From the NCBI GenBank assembly GCA_964649975.1, contig CAZYSM010000007.1, positions 1,042 to 65,041 on the forward strand: a DNA stretch of 64,000 nucleotides. Direction: 5' to 3'. The notes beneath the pieces were generated by a model that saw only the letters and a program-made list of their open reading frames with translations, ran no database searches and had not been told where the DNA came from. The position numbers and the translations under genes were made by a program. Of this stretch, positions 36,595 through 46,411 are shown in pieces (position 1 is the stretch's first letter; every line of letters begins with the position of its first letter). Origin of the DNA: an uncultured Bacteroidales bacterium (GTDB lineage Bacteria > Bacteroidota > Bacteroidia > Bacteroidales > S143-33).

Positions 36595-38382
36595 ATGAAA
36601 AAATTAGCTTTACAGCTTTTAGCAGTAATTTTAATCTTTGCTTTGGGCGGCTGTGGCGTCAAAAAAATGGTAAAGGATGCCAGCAACGTTAAGTATAACG
36701 TTACGCCTAATCCACTGGAAATGCATGCTGGCAAAGTTCCTATGTCCATAAATGTTACTTTCCCGCCCAAGTACTTCAACAAGAAGGCTTATCTGGTAAT
36801 CACTCCTTATCTTGTTTCTGACATTGACAAGGAGAGCGAACTGGCTTTCAAGAGCCAGACTTTGCAAGGAGAGAAAGTACAGGACAATAACCCGACTATC
36901 TCTTACAAAGAAGGTGGGTCGTACAAATATGTTGATACTATAGACTACAACAGCATTTATCGTCGTTCTCACGTAGAGCTGCGTATGAATGTTAGCAAAG
37001 GTGCTAATGGCAAGAAACTTGAACTGGCCTCTGTTACTATCGCCAATGGTATTATCACTACTCCCGAGTTGGTTACCAAAGGTTTGCTGGTTGATAATCC
37101 TATGGTTACCACAGCTGATGGTAAGCACGTAGGTATGATGAGTCCTGTTGTACCTACTATTGCTAAACCGCAGCCTCGTGAGCTTAAAGAAAATCTCGTA
37201 GTTTACTATCCTATCCAGCAGTCTTATCTGCCACGTAAAGAGCAGCGTAAACCTGAGGTTGATTCATTCCTCAATAGTTTTGAGCAGCTTAAGACTGATC
37301 CTAATATGCAGTTCCTTGGTGTTGATATTGCAAGTTATGCTTCTCCAGATGGTCCTATTCCGTTGAACCATGACCTGGTTATCGGACGTGGCAAAACTGC
37401 TACCAAATTTGTTACTTCCAAATTTAAGAAAATCAAGGCTGAGGATGCTACCAAAGCTATTGAACGTGCTACTACTCCCGACGAAGACTGGGCTGGTTTC
37501 AAGCAGCTTGTTGAAAAATCTAATATTCAGGATAAAGACTTGATCTTGCGCGTATTGCAGATGTATTCTGATCCTAACGTACGTGAGCAGGAAATTAAGA
37601 AGATGGCTGAAGTTTACGATGTATTGAAGAAGGACATTCTTCCAAAGCTGCGTCGTTCTGAAATTCAGGCTAAATTCAAGAGCGTAGAGCGTACTGACGA
37701 ACAGTATGTTGAAGTTGCTAAGAGCAATCCAGATATTCTCTCTCAGGAAGAACTTTTCTATGCTGCTCAGCAGGCTAAAGGCGCTGATAAAGAAACTATT
37801 TACAAGACTTATATTGAGAAATATCCAAATGATTGGCGTGCATACAACAATCTGGCTATTTACTACATTGAGAACGGTAAATTTGATGATGCAGAAAATC
37901 TGCTGGTAAAAGCTGATCAGCTGGATGCAAACAATCCTTCTGTTATTAACAACCTTGGTGTTGTTTACTGGATGAAAGGCGATTACAAGAAAGCTAAGGA
38001 ATATTTTGAGAAAGCTGCCAATCTGGGTGGTTCTAACGAGAATATTAATTACAACCTTGGTGTAATTGCTATTATGGAAGGACAGTACCAGAAAGCACTT
38101 GACCTCTTTGGTGCCCGTCCTACATTTAACAAAGCTCTGGCTCAGCTGCTCACCGGTGATGTTCAGGGTGCTGAAAACACTATCAATCAGGTTAAGTCTG
38201 AATGCGCTTATTATTACTACCTCAAGGCTGTTATTGCAGCACGTCAGGACAAAGCTGATGATGTTTACAGCAATCTCCAGAAAGCAGTTGCCAAAGTTCC
38301 TGCTTTGAAGGATTACGCTAAGAATGACCTTGAATTCCGTAAGTATTTTGACGAAGATACTTTTAAGGCTATCGTTGAATAA
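36595..38382 (+). CDS. lipoprotein with central OmpA-like-looking segment and C-terminal TPR repeats
   Basis: Lipobox FALGGC. The segment GVDIASYASPDGPIPLNHDLVIGRGKTA resembles OmpA-like peptidoglycan-binding motifs. C-terminal TPRs include AYNNLAIYYIENGKFDDAENLL and NNLGVVYWMKGDYKKAKEYF. Confidence 0.6.
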   Translation: MKKLALQLLAVILIFALGGCGVKKMVKDASNVKYNVTPNPLEMHAGKVPMSINVTFPPKYFNKKAYLVITPYLVSDIDKESELAFKSQTLQGEKVQDNNPTISYKEGGSYKYVDTIDYNSIYRRSHVELRMNVSKGANGKKLELASVTIANGIITTPELVTKGLLVDNPMVTTADGKHVGMMSPVVPTIAKPQPRELKENLVVYYPIQQSYLPRKEQRKPEVDSFLNSFEQLKTDPNMQFLGVDIASYASPDGPIPLNHDLVIGRGKTATKFVTSKFKKIKAEDATKAIERATTPDEDWAGFKQLVEKSNIQDKDLILRVLQMYSDPNVREQEIKKMAEVYDVLKKDILPKLRRSEIQAKFKSVERTDEQYVEVAKSNPDILSQEELFYAAQQAKGADKETIYKTYIEKYPNDWRAYNNLAIYYIENGKFDDAENLLVKADQLDANNPSVINNLGVVYWMKGDYKKAKEYFEKAANLGGSNENINYNLGVIAIMEGQYQKALDLFGARPTFNKALAQLLTGDVQGAENTINQVKSECAYYYYLKAVIAARQDKADDVYSNLQKAVAKVPALKDYAKNDLEFRKYFDEDTFKAIVE

Positions 38383-38402
38383 AGTTTGTTTTATAAATTA
38401 AG

Positions 38403-38440
38403 AAAAAATGGGGCGCCCCAAAGGGCGCCCCGTTTTTTTT
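38403..38440. terminator. bidirectional rho-independent terminator between convergent genes
   Basis: Perfect 9-bp GC stem ggggcgccc (38410-38418) / gggcgcccc (38423-38431), a 4-nt loop, an A-run upstream and a T8 run downstream. Confidence 0.85.
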
Positions 38441-38468
38441 AGATTTTGTTTCAGTAATAAGTGGATAT

Positions 38469-39893
38469 TTATTCAACTTTTGTCACTTTGAGCATATTTG
38501 TTTTATGGCTTACATCAATGGGCGTGCTTCCTATGTGTATTACATAATCTTCAGGTTTTAAGTATCCTTGTTTTTTCAGCATATCAATAGAAGCGCTAAT
38601 GGCGTGATTAATTTCATCAAGTTCTGTGAAATAAAATGCACGTACGCCCCATAGGAGGGATAATGCGCTGAGTAGATGTTCGTGACGGGTAAAAGCATAA
38701 ATATCAGCTTTGGGTCTGTATCCTGCAAGTGTGTAGGCTGTTTTTCCAAATTCCGTGAAGGTGACAATGGCTTTAGCGCCAATGATTTCGGCCAGGCGTG
38801 CAGCACTAAAACATATTGAATCACGGACAAAGCGCGGACTATCTGGCAGCGGAGGTTTTCCACGGTTGTAGTTGTATTTTTTCATCTCAGTTTCCTGGAT
38901 AATTTTATGCATAGCCTCAATGACCTCCACGGGATATTTGCCCATAGCTGTTTCGGCACTGAGCATGAGCGTATCAGCTCCGTCCAGCACAGCATTGGCT
39001 ACATCTGTAGCTTCGGCACGGGTAGGACGAAAATTATTAATCATGCTTTCCATCATCTGAGTGGCGATAATTACTGGTTTTTTGTTCTCAATGCACTTTT
39101 CCACTATTTCCTTTTGTATAAGTGGTACCTGTGCAAAGTCCATTTCCACGCCAAGGTCTCCGCGGGCGACCATAATTGCGTCAGCCTCGTCCATGATTTC
39201 CTCTATATTCTTTACGGCTTGCGCTTTTTCAATTTTGGCAATTACGTATGCGTGCTTTTTCTTGCGTCTTATCAATTGCTTGAGTTCTATAACATCACTT
39301 GCCCGGCGTACAAATGACAGGGCTATCCAGTCCACGCCGTTTTCCATAGCAACGATGGCATCTTCAATATCCTTGTCTGTCATACTGGGCAGAGATATAT
39401 CTGTATGAGGCAGATTAACACCTTTGCGGGACATTAATACTCCACCATAGATAACTCTTGCTTTTACGCTCGTTTTTTTATTTGTCTCAATGATTTGCAA
39501 TTTTAATTTACCATCATCAATAAGTATTTCCTCTCCGGGTTCCACATCCAGCGGAAAATCTTCGTAATCTACATAAACGCGTTTGTTATTCCCGGTGATT
39601 TTTTCTGTAGTAAATTCCAGAATATCACCGGCTTTAATTTCTGTTTGTCCGTTTTCTATTTCGCCAATACGGATTTTGGGTCCTTGCAGGTCTGCAATAA
39701 TGGCGATATTGCGCCCCAGTTTTTTGCTTATTTCACGCACTATTTTAATATCTTCCTTTATCTGGCGATGGTCAGCATGGGAGCAGTTGATGCGCACACT
39801 ATCCAGTCCTGCCATTATCATCTTTTCCAGCACTTTGGGGTCGCGCGAGGCCGGGCCCAGAGTAGCTATAATTTTTGTTCTTGAACCATACAT
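38469..39893 (-). CDS. pyk: pyruvate kinase
   Basis: Motifs TKIIATLGPAS, NCSHADH, DLQGPKIR, MVARGDLGVE. Confidence 0.95.
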   Translation of the reverse strand: MYGSRTKIIATLGPASRDPKVLEKMIMAGLDSVRINCSHADHRQIKEDIKIVREISKKLGRNIAIIADLQGPKIRIGEIENGQTEIKAGDILEFTTEKITGNNKRVYVDYEDFPLDVEPGEEILIDDGKLKLQIIETNKKTSVKARVIYGGVLMSRKGVNLPHTDISLPSMTDKDIEDAIVAMENGVDWIALSFVRRASDVIELKQLIRRKKKHAYVIAKIEKAQAVKNIEEIMDEADAIMVARGDLGVEMDFAQVPLIQKEIVEKCIENKKPVIIATQMMESMINNFRPTRAEATDVANAVLDGADTLMLSAETAMGKYPVEVIEAMHKIIQETEMKKYNYNRGKPPLPDSPRFVRDSICFSAARLAEIIGAKAIVTFTEFGKTAYTLAGYRPKADIYAFTRHEHLLSALSLLWGVRAFYFTELDEINHAISASIDMLKKQGYLKPEDYVIHIGSTPIDVSHKTNMLKVTKVE

Positions 39894-39924
39894 AGTTATT
39901 ATATTTTGGGTTTGAAGTTATCTT

Positions 39925-39956
39925 AAAAAAAAGCCTCCGCAAACATTTGCAGAGGC
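39925..39956 (-). terminator. rho-independent terminator after rocD
   Basis: Stem gcctccgcaaa (39933-39943) / tttgcagaggc (39946-39956) with one mismatch. The A8 run at 39925-39932 is the T-tract on the minus strand. Confidence 0.7.
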
Positions 39957-39965
39957 TTTCGTTTT

Positions 39966-41210
39966 TTAGAATTCAAGCACTGCCTTGCGGATGCGGTCAA
40001 TAGCGTCTCTCAGTTGATCTTCGTTAATTACCAATGGCGGTGCAAAGCGGATTATATGGTCGTGTGTGGGTTTGGCCAATACTCCGTATTCTGCCATTTT
40101 CAGGCAAACATCCCAGGCGGTTTTTCCGTTTTTAGGACGGATAACAACAGCATTGAGCAGGCCTTTCCCTCTTACCTCTTCAATGATGTCAGTTTCCTGC
40201 TGAAGTTTTTTCATTTCCTGACGGAAAATTTCTCCAAGTATGAGGGCGTTTTCAGCCAGTTTTTCTTCTACAACAACTTTAAGAGCTTCAATGGCAACAC
40301 GTGCAGCCAGAGGGTTACCTCCGTAGGTAGAGCCGTGTTCGCCAGGTTTGATGGTCAACATAATGGGGTCATCAGCCAGTACTGCGGAAACAGGCAGTAC
40401 ACCGCCACTGATGGCTTTGCCAAGGATGAGTATGTCGGGATGTACATTTTCCCAGTCGCTGGCAAGCATCTTTCCTGTGCGGGCGATGCCTGTCTGAACC
40501 TCATCAGCAATGAACAGAACATTATTGTCCTTACACATCTGGTATGCTTTAGCCAGATAACCATCCTCGGGTACTACTATGCCTGCTTCTCCCTGTATAG
40601 GTTCTACGAGGAAAGCAGCTACATTAGGGTCTTTAAGGGCTTGTTCAAGGGCTGTAAGGTCATTATAAGGAATGGTGATAAATCCCGGGGTATAAGGTCC
40701 GTATTCGTTTTTTGCAGTGGGGTCAGTAGAAAAAGAAATTATCGTGATGGTGCGCCCGTGGAAGTTATTTTCGCAGGTGATGATTTTTGCTTCATTCTCG
40801 GGTATTCCTTTAACTTTATAAGCCCATTTACGGGCGAGTTTGAGAGCGGTTTCCACAGCTTCGGCACCTGTGTTCATAGGCAGGAGCTTGTCGTAACCGA
40901 ATAACTTAGTGGCATATTCCTCAAATTCTCCCAGAACATTATTATAAAAAGCTCTGGATGTGAGCGTTAGCTTATCTGCTTGCTCTTTCAGGGCTTTGAT
41001 AATACGGGGATGACGATGTCCCTGGTTAACTGCAGAATAGGCAGATAGAAAATCGTAATATTGTTTTCCCTCTACGTCCCACAGGTAAGGACCTTCTCCT
41101 TTTTCCAGCACTACGGGTAGAGGGTGGTAGTTGTGTGCACCGTACCGCTCCTCACGTTCCATGTATTCTTTTGCAGTCATATTAGTTAATTTTAAAGGTT
41201 TCTGCTGCAA
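39966..41210 (-). CDS. rocD: ornithine aminotransferase (ornithine--oxo-acid transaminase)
   Basis: Motifs [53 protein letters not shown]. An alternative start at 41180 (MTAKEY) is possible. Confidence 0.9.
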   Translation of the reverse strand: MQQKPLKLTNMTAKEYMEREERYGAHNYHPLPVVLEKGEGPYLWDVEGKQYYDFLSAYSAVNQGHRHPRIIKALKEQADKLTLTSRAFYNNVLGEFEEYATKLFGYDKLLPMNTGAEAVETALKLARKWAYKVKGIPENEAKIITCENNFHGRTITIISFSTDPTAKNEYGPYTPGFITIPYNDLTALEQALKDPNVAAFLVEPIQGEAGIVVPEDGYLAKAYQMCKDNNVLFIADEVQTGIARTGKMLASDWENVHPDILILGKAISGGVLPVSAVLADDPIMLTIKPGEHGSTYGGNPLAARVAIEALKVVVEEKLAENALILGEIFRQEMKKLQQETDIIEEVRGKGLLNAVVIRPKNGKTAWDVCLKMAEYGVLAKPTHDHIIRFAPPLVINEDQLRDAIDRIRKAVLEF

Positions 41211-41300
41211 GTTTAAAAAAATCTCGGATTAATAAAAATGCTTTGAGCAAGTATTGTGGAATAATTTTTTAATTTTGTTCAAACCCTAAATTTAATATGC

Positions 41301-41798
41301 ATGGCAACATATTTACATAATCTTTCTTTTTACGATAGTGACCAGGTGCCGGATGCTTCCCAGTTTAGTTTTGGAATTGTTGTTGCACAGTGGAATGGCG
41401 AAATAACAGGGGCTTTGTTTGAAGGAGCTTATGATACATTAGTGGAACACGGTGCAAGGAAGGAGGATATTATAAAAGTGGAGGTGCCCGGTAGTTTTGA
41501 GCTTACTTATGCAGCCAAACTTTTGTTGGAAAAAACTCCGGTAGATGCTGTTATTGCCATTGGTTGCGTCATCCGTGGCGAAACTCCACATTTTGAATAT
41601 ATCTCTTCGTCGGTGTCTCAGGGATTAACTCAATTGAATTTGCAATATGACCGTCCCGTAATTTTCGGTGTTCTTACTACAGATAATTTGCAGCAGGCCA
41701 TAGACCGTGCTGGGGGAAAATACGGAAATAAAGGAGTGGAAGCTGCTGTTACAGCTATAAAAATGGCTGCCCTGAAAAAAAGTTTTATTGGATACTAA
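41301..41798 (+). CDS. ribH: 6,7-dimethyl-8-ribityllumazine synthase
   Basis: Motifs [39 protein letters not shown]. Confidence 0.9.
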   Translation: MATYLHNLSFYDSDQVPDASQFSFGIVVAQWNGEITGALFEGAYDTLVEHGARKEDIIKVEVPGSFELTYAAKLLLEKTPVDAVIAIGCVIRGETPHFEYISSSVSQGLTQLNLQYDRPVIFGVLTTDNLQQAIDRAGGKYGNKGVEAAVTAIKMAALKKSFIGY

Positions 41799-41827
41799 AA
41801 AAAGCCGCCTCATTGGCGGCTTTTTTT
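41797..41827. terminator. bidirectional rho-independent terminator shared by ribH (+) and dnaA (-)
   Basis: Stem gccgcc (41804-41809) / ggcggc (41815-41820), flanked by an A-run and a T-run. The dnaA stop codon abuts the T-run. Confidence 0.8.
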
Positions 41828-43262
41828 AGTATTGCAGTGTTCTGGAAATATCTTCTACGTACTGCTTGACGTTTTTGTCAGTAGCCATAAGGTCTTCCAC
41901 GGTTTTGAACGCGTGTAACACGGTGGAGTGGTCTCTTCGTCCCAGCTCAGCACCTATACGGGAAAGAGAAGCTTCAGTGTATTTCCTGGCCAGATACATG
42001 GCTATTTGTCTTGCCAGTACTATTTCTCTGGTTCTGGCTTTGGATAAAATGACTTTTTGGTCCAGTTTAAAATACTCACTGACAGTACGCAGGATATAAT
42101 CAATAGTAATTTCTTTTCTGCGTTCTTTTACAAGATTTTTAACAACATTTTTTGCCATATCCAGGGTTATACGTGTGTTTTTGTACATAATGGAATAAGC
42201 AATCAGGGAATTTAGAGCCCCTTCCAGTTCGCGTATGTTGGTGGCAACATTTTCCGCAAGATAGCGCAATATACGGTCGGGGATATTATATCCGCCCTGG
42301 TATGTTTTGTATTTGAGGATTTTCAGGCGTGTTTCAAAGTCAGGATGTTTTAGTTCTGCTGTTAATCCCCATTTTAATCTCGTGACCAAACGCTCTTCCA
42401 TACCGTCAAGATCAACAGGAGGGCGGTCACTGGTTAATACAATTTGTTTATTTTCAAGATGTAAGGTGTTGAAAATGTTAAAGAATTTTTGCTGGGTTTT
42501 TTGTTTACCTGCTAATTCCTGGATATCATCAACAATGAGTACGTCTATTAACGAATAAAAACGGATAAATTTGTTGATTTCGTTATTTCTGATGGCAGTA
42601 GTGAATTGTTCTTCAAATTTAGCAGCAGATATATATAATACGGTGTGTTTGGGGAAATTTTCTTTTATTTTTATACCAATAGCCTGAGCCAGGTGTGTTT
42701 TTCCGGTACCTGTAGGACCATATATCATAAGAGGATTGAAATGGCTTTTTCCTGGATTTTTAGCTATTTCTATACCTGCATTTCTGGCTAATCTATTGCA
42801 GTCGCCTTCAATGAAATTGTCAAAAGTATAGTCAGGTTTGAGGTTGGAATCTATCCGTCTTTTACCTATACCAGGAATGATCTGTGGATTAGAGATTTCT
42901 TCTGTAGCTACGGGGGTATTGACAGGCTCATTTTTTAGCTGAGGAGCAACGTTCCCGGGTAGTACATACAGGCGACTTCCTTTGCCATTATTCTTTTGGC
43001 CATTGTTTTTTATAGCTACAATCTCATATTCCAGCTTGGCATTCGGTCCAATAGTTTGCTTTAATGCTTTACTCAATAATCCTAAATAGTGTTCTTCCAG
43101 ATACTCGTAATAATACGCACTGGGAACACGTAGAGTAATTTTGTTTTTGTTAAGTTTAACAGGTTCAATTGGTTCAAACCAATTGCGGTACGATTCAGGC
43201 GATACGTTGTCCTTTATAATGTCCAGGCATTGACGCCAGACACTATTTACATCCCTTTGCAT
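41826..43262 (-). CDS. dnaA: chromosomal replication initiator protein DnaA
   Basis: Motifs NPLMIYGPTGTGKTHLAQAIG, LIVDDIQ, and the C-terminal DNA-binding domain ARQIAMYLARKYT..SL..IG..LGRRDHSTVLHA. Confidence 0.95.
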   Translation of the reverse strand: MQRDVNSVWRQCLDIIKDNVSPESYRNWFEPIEPVKLNKNKITLRVPSAYYYEYLEEHYLGLLSKALKQTIGPNAKLEYEIVAIKNNGQKNNGKGSRLYVLPGNVAPQLKNEPVNTPVATEEISNPQIIPGIGKRRIDSNLKPDYTFDNFIEGDCNRLARNAGIEIAKNPGKSHFNPLMIYGPTGTGKTHLAQAIGIKIKENFPKHTVLYISAAKFEEQFTTAIRNNEINKFIRFYSLIDVLIVDDIQELAGKQKTQQKFFNIFNTLHLENKQIVLTSDRPPVDLDGMEERLVTRLKWGLTAELKHPDFETRLKILKYKTYQGGYNIPDRILRYLAENVATNIRELEGALNSLIAYSIMYKNTRITLDMAKNVVKNLVKERRKEITIDYILRTVSEYFKLDQKVILSKARTREIVLARQIAMYLARKYTEASLSRIGAELGRRDHSTVLHAFKTVEDLMATDKNVKQYVEDISRTLQY

Positions 43263-43645
43263 AGCTTCCCCCCTATGTTTAATTTTTTTGTAATTTCTTT
43301 ATATAAAACTTGTTAGGTGTTTTGAGTGGGTAAATTTCTCAACATAAAATTGAGATATTTTTTTTAATCTGTAAAATTTCAAGCTCTGACAATTTTTCAG
43401 TTTTGGTTTTACGATTTTATATTCAAAACATTAGACAATGTTAAAAAGATTAAAAATATATATTTGTTTGATTGTTAATAAACTCTGTATTATTATGTAA
43501 ATCAATAAGCTGTGTTTGTCCTCTCTTTTTCTAACAAATGTAAAACAAAGTTTACTTATTTCATAATTTTTAACAAAAAAAATTAAACCTTTCATCAAAA
43601 TAATAAAATTATATTTGCACATTAAGAATAAAAAAATAAAGAATT

Positions 43646-44323
43646 ATGGAAGATATTGTAAAGAATTTGCAGCGTATTTTGCAGGAGTTACCCCCGCATG
43701 TTAAACTAATTGCTGTTAGTAAGACCCATCCTGTAGAAAAGATTTTAGCTGTATATAATGCCGGGCATAAAATTTTCGGAGAAAATAAAGTCCAGGAGAT
43801 GGTTTCTAAATACGATCAGCTGCCTAAGGATATCCAATGGCATCTGATAGGTCATCTGCAAACAAATAAGGTAAAATATATTGTGCCATTTGTGACTATG
43901 ATACATAGTGTTGATAGTGAGAAACTTATGGCTGAGATTGACAAAAGGGCTAAGAAAGTTAACAGAGTGATAGATTGTTTGCTGGAGATTCATATAGCAG
44001 AGGAAGAGAGCAAGTTTGGTTTGAGCTTTGAACAGGCCGAGGAATTAATTTCCAGCAGAGTTTATAGGAAATATCCTAATGTAAATATCCGTGGGCTGAT
44101 GGGAATGGCTACTTTTACCGAGGCTAAGGATCAGATACGCAGGGAATTCCGCAGTCTGAAACAATTTTTTGACATGCTTAAAGAAAAATATTTTGCTGAT
44201 AAACCGGATTTCAATGAGCTATCCATGGGTATGTCAGGTGATTACAAAATTGCAATAGAAGAAGGTTCAACCATGGTGCGTATAGGCACTGCTATTTTCG
44301 GAAGACGTAATTATGTTAATTAA
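43646..44323 (+). CDS. yggS: YggS-family PLP-binding (PLP homeostasis) protein
   Basis: Motifs LIAVSKTHP, FGENKVQE, WHLIGHLQTNK, LSMGMSGDY, RIGTAIFG. A TAnnTTTG element (tatatttg) lies at 43610-43617. Confidence 0.85.
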   Translation: MEDIVKNLQRILQELPPHVKLIAVSKTHPVEKILAVYNAGHKIFGENKVQEMVSKYDQLPKDIQWHLIGHLQTNKVKYIVPFVTMIHSVDSEKLMAEIDKRAKKVNRVIDCLLEIHIAEEESKFGLSFEQAEELISSRVYRKYPNVNIRGLMGMATFTEAKDQIRREFRSLKQFFDMLKEKYFADKPDFNELSMGMSGDYKIAIEEGSTMVRIGTAIFGRRNYVN

Positions 44324-44407
44324 CGTTTGCGGAAAAGTGTTAAAGACATGGTAATTTTTTGGTCTTTTTTATTATTTTTATGAACGAAATTAAAAAAATA
44401 GATAGCT

Positions 44408-45469
44408 ATGCTGACAATAGACAAAATCGTTGAATTATTGGGAGATGAAGCCGAAGATTTACTTAATCACAAGGCTTTGTTCCCAAAGGAAAATTTACAT
44501 CTGCCTGGTCCGGATTATGTAGATAAAATTTTTGCACTTTCCGACCGTAATCCGCAGGTAATGCGTAATTTACAATGGTTAATGGATACAGGTCGTCTGG
44601 GCGGAACAGGTTATGTTTCAATTCTTCCGGTGGACCAGGGTATTGAGCATTCGGGCGGAGCTTCTTTCACTCCTAATCCGGAATATTTTGACCCTGAGAA
44701 TATCGTTAAATTAGCTATGGAAGCCGGATGTAACGGTGTTGCCAGTACACTTGGAGTATTGGGTATGATGTCCCGCAAGTATGCTCACAAGATTCCTTTT
44801 ATTGTTAAGATCAATCATAATGAGCTGCTTACTTATCCGAATATGTACGACCAGACCCTCTTTGCCAGCGTTAAGCAGGCCTGGGAGCTGGGTGCTGTAG
44901 GTATTGGTGCCACAATTTATTTTGGTTCGCCAGAAAGCCGCCGTCAGATTATGGAAATAAGTGAGGCTTTTGAATACGCTCACGAGCTTGGTATGTTTAC
45001 CGTACTCTGGGCTTATCTGCGTAATAAAGAGTTCAAAACCAAGGATACTGACTATCATACAGCTGCTGATCTTACAGGTCAGGCTAACCATCTGGCTGTT
45101 ACTATTGAGGCTGATATTGTTAAACAAAAGCAGCCTACTACTGGTAAGCCTGGATTTATTGATCTGGGCTTTGGTAAATACCATAAGGATATGTATGACA
45201 AGCTCGTGGGTAATCATCCTATTGACTGGACACGTTATCAAGTTATCAACCAGTACCTTGGACGTATTGGTCTGATTAACTCCGGTGGAGCTTCCTCTGG
45301 TGCTGGCGACCTGGCCCAGGCTGTGCGCACTGCTGTTATAAACAAACGCGCCGGTGGTATGGGATTGATTTCCGGGCGTAAAGCATTCCAGCGCCCAATG
45401 AAGGAAGGTATAGAGGTGCTTCATGCTATACAGGATGTTTATCTGTGTAAAGAAGTTACCATTGCATAG
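44408..45469 (+). CDS. fbaB: class I fructose-bisphosphate aldolase (FbaB/DhnA type)
   Basis: The length, the N-terminus L..EAE.LL.HK and the blocks [25 protein letters not shown] all resemble FbaB. Confidence 0.85.
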   Translation: MLTIDKIVELLGDEAEDLLNHKALFPKENLHLPGPDYVDKIFALSDRNPQVMRNLQWLMDTGRLGGTGYVSILPVDQGIEHSGGASFTPNPEYFDPENIVKLAMEAGCNGVASTLGVLGMMSRKYAHKIPFIVKINHNELLTYPNMYDQTLFASVKQAWELGAVGIGATIYFGSPESRRQIMEISEAFEYAHELGMFTVLWAYLRNKEFKTKDTDYHTAADLTGQANHLAVTIEADIVKQKQPTTGKPGFIDLGFGKYHKDMYDKLVGNHPIDWTRYQVINQYLGRIGLINSGGASSGAGDLAQAVRTAVINKRAGGMGLISGRKAFQRPMKEGIEVLHAIQDVYLCKEVTIA

Positions 45470-45493
45470 GTCACTGCTTGTAATTAACTTTGT

Positions 45494-45522
45494 GGGGATG
45501 CCATCGCGGCATCCCCGTTTTT
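45494..45522 (+). terminator. rho-independent terminator after fbaB
   Basis: Stem ggggatgc (45494-45501) / gcatcccc (45508-45515) followed by gtttttg. Confidence 0.7.
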
Positions 45523-45545
45523 GTATATGCTAATAACGATTTTTC

Positions 45546-46373
45546 ATGCTGAAGGAATTTATAATCAACGGAGAAAAATTCCGGATATATAACCGTATCC
45601 TTGAGCCACAGACTATCAGGCCAGTAAATTGCAATTGCAGGGATATAAAAGCAATTATGCAGAGTAATGGCGTTTTGATGGCCAGGTGGGTCAGGAATTT
45701 TTCTTCCCGTCCTACACAGATATGGTATGTCGTACAGCAGGAGTATCATCCATTGGAAGATTACGCACCACGTACGCGCACACGTATCCGTCGGGGCGGT
45801 GAGAATTTTTCTCTGTCCGATCCTCTGCCTGTTTCACCGGAAATGGCATTCATTATTTTACAAATAGATGAGGCTTTCGGGCAATATCTATATGGTAGAG
45901 ATCTTGATGTTCTGAAACAGCATCTTGCTTCACTGACGCAGGAATACAGGATTATGTTTGTAAAGGATAAGCAGGATAAGCCAGTGGGCTATTTGCTTTT
46001 GTATATGGACAGGGATTTTGTTCATATCCGTACTATTCATATTCCGCGGGAATATCAGCGCAAGCAGGCATCATATTTTGTTTTTTACAAAATGTCTGAG
46101 TTATTTCTGCCTTCTGGTAAGGCAAAGGCTATTGTTATGGGGATGCGTAATTTTTTGCATCCTTCGCAGGTGCAGGAACTACTCCTGCAGAAGTTTTTTT
46201 ACAAAAAACTTTATGTGAGGATGGAGATTTGCCTATCCTTGAGGGCCAGGATTATATATTATTTATTTGTTCCGTTTATGCCTTTTATGAAAAAAATCAA
46301 TTTACAGCCTGTCAATAAATTAAAGGCTTTCCTGATGTTTATAAAATTTGATCTGGAGGATAAAAAAGAATAA
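45546..46373 (+). CDS. hypothetical protein (weak GNAT/FemAB-like acyltransferase resemblance)
   Basis: ORF track. The segment PVGYLLLYMDRDFVHIRTIHIPREYQRKQASYFVFYKM has a GNAT beta4-alpha3-like pattern. Low certainty. Confidence 0.45.
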   Translation: MLKEFIINGEKFRIYNRILEPQTIRPVNCNCRDIKAIMQSNGVLMARWVRNFSSRPTQIWYVVQQEYHPLEDYAPRTRTRIRRGGENFSLSDPLPVSPEMAFIILQIDEAFGQYLYGRDLDVLKQHLASLTQEYRIMFVKDKQDKPVGYLLLYMDRDFVHIRTIHIPREYQRKQASYFVFYKMSELFLPSGKAKAIVMGMRNFLHPSQVQELLLQKFFYKKLYVRMEICLSLRARIIYYLFVPFMPFMKKINLQPVNKLKAFLMFIKFDLEDKKE

Positions 46374-46411
46374 TTTTTGTAAGAGACAATTAATTGCGAA
46401 ATTTATTATTG

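Noticed and set aside
40014-40904. A 296-aa plus-strand ORF, plus other long antisense ORFs at 1146-1883, 9475-10203, 17530-18117, 36631-37128, 44711-45424 and 49364-49963.
   Set aside because: Each lies entirely antisense to a gene with unmistakable conserved motifs: rocD, the NPP fusion, recF, the FGE protein, the lipoprotein, fbaB and the AAE transporter. Their translations are low-complexity and Cys/Phe/Ser-rich with no motifs. They are shadow ORFs created by codon bias on the opposite strand.
41211-41300. A possible FMN riboswitch upstream of ribH, and likewise upstream of ribD.
   Set aside because: The ribH leader is only 90 nt and AT-rich, without the conserved GC-rich FMN-aptamer helices. 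ribD starts 5 nt after recF, so there is no leader at all.
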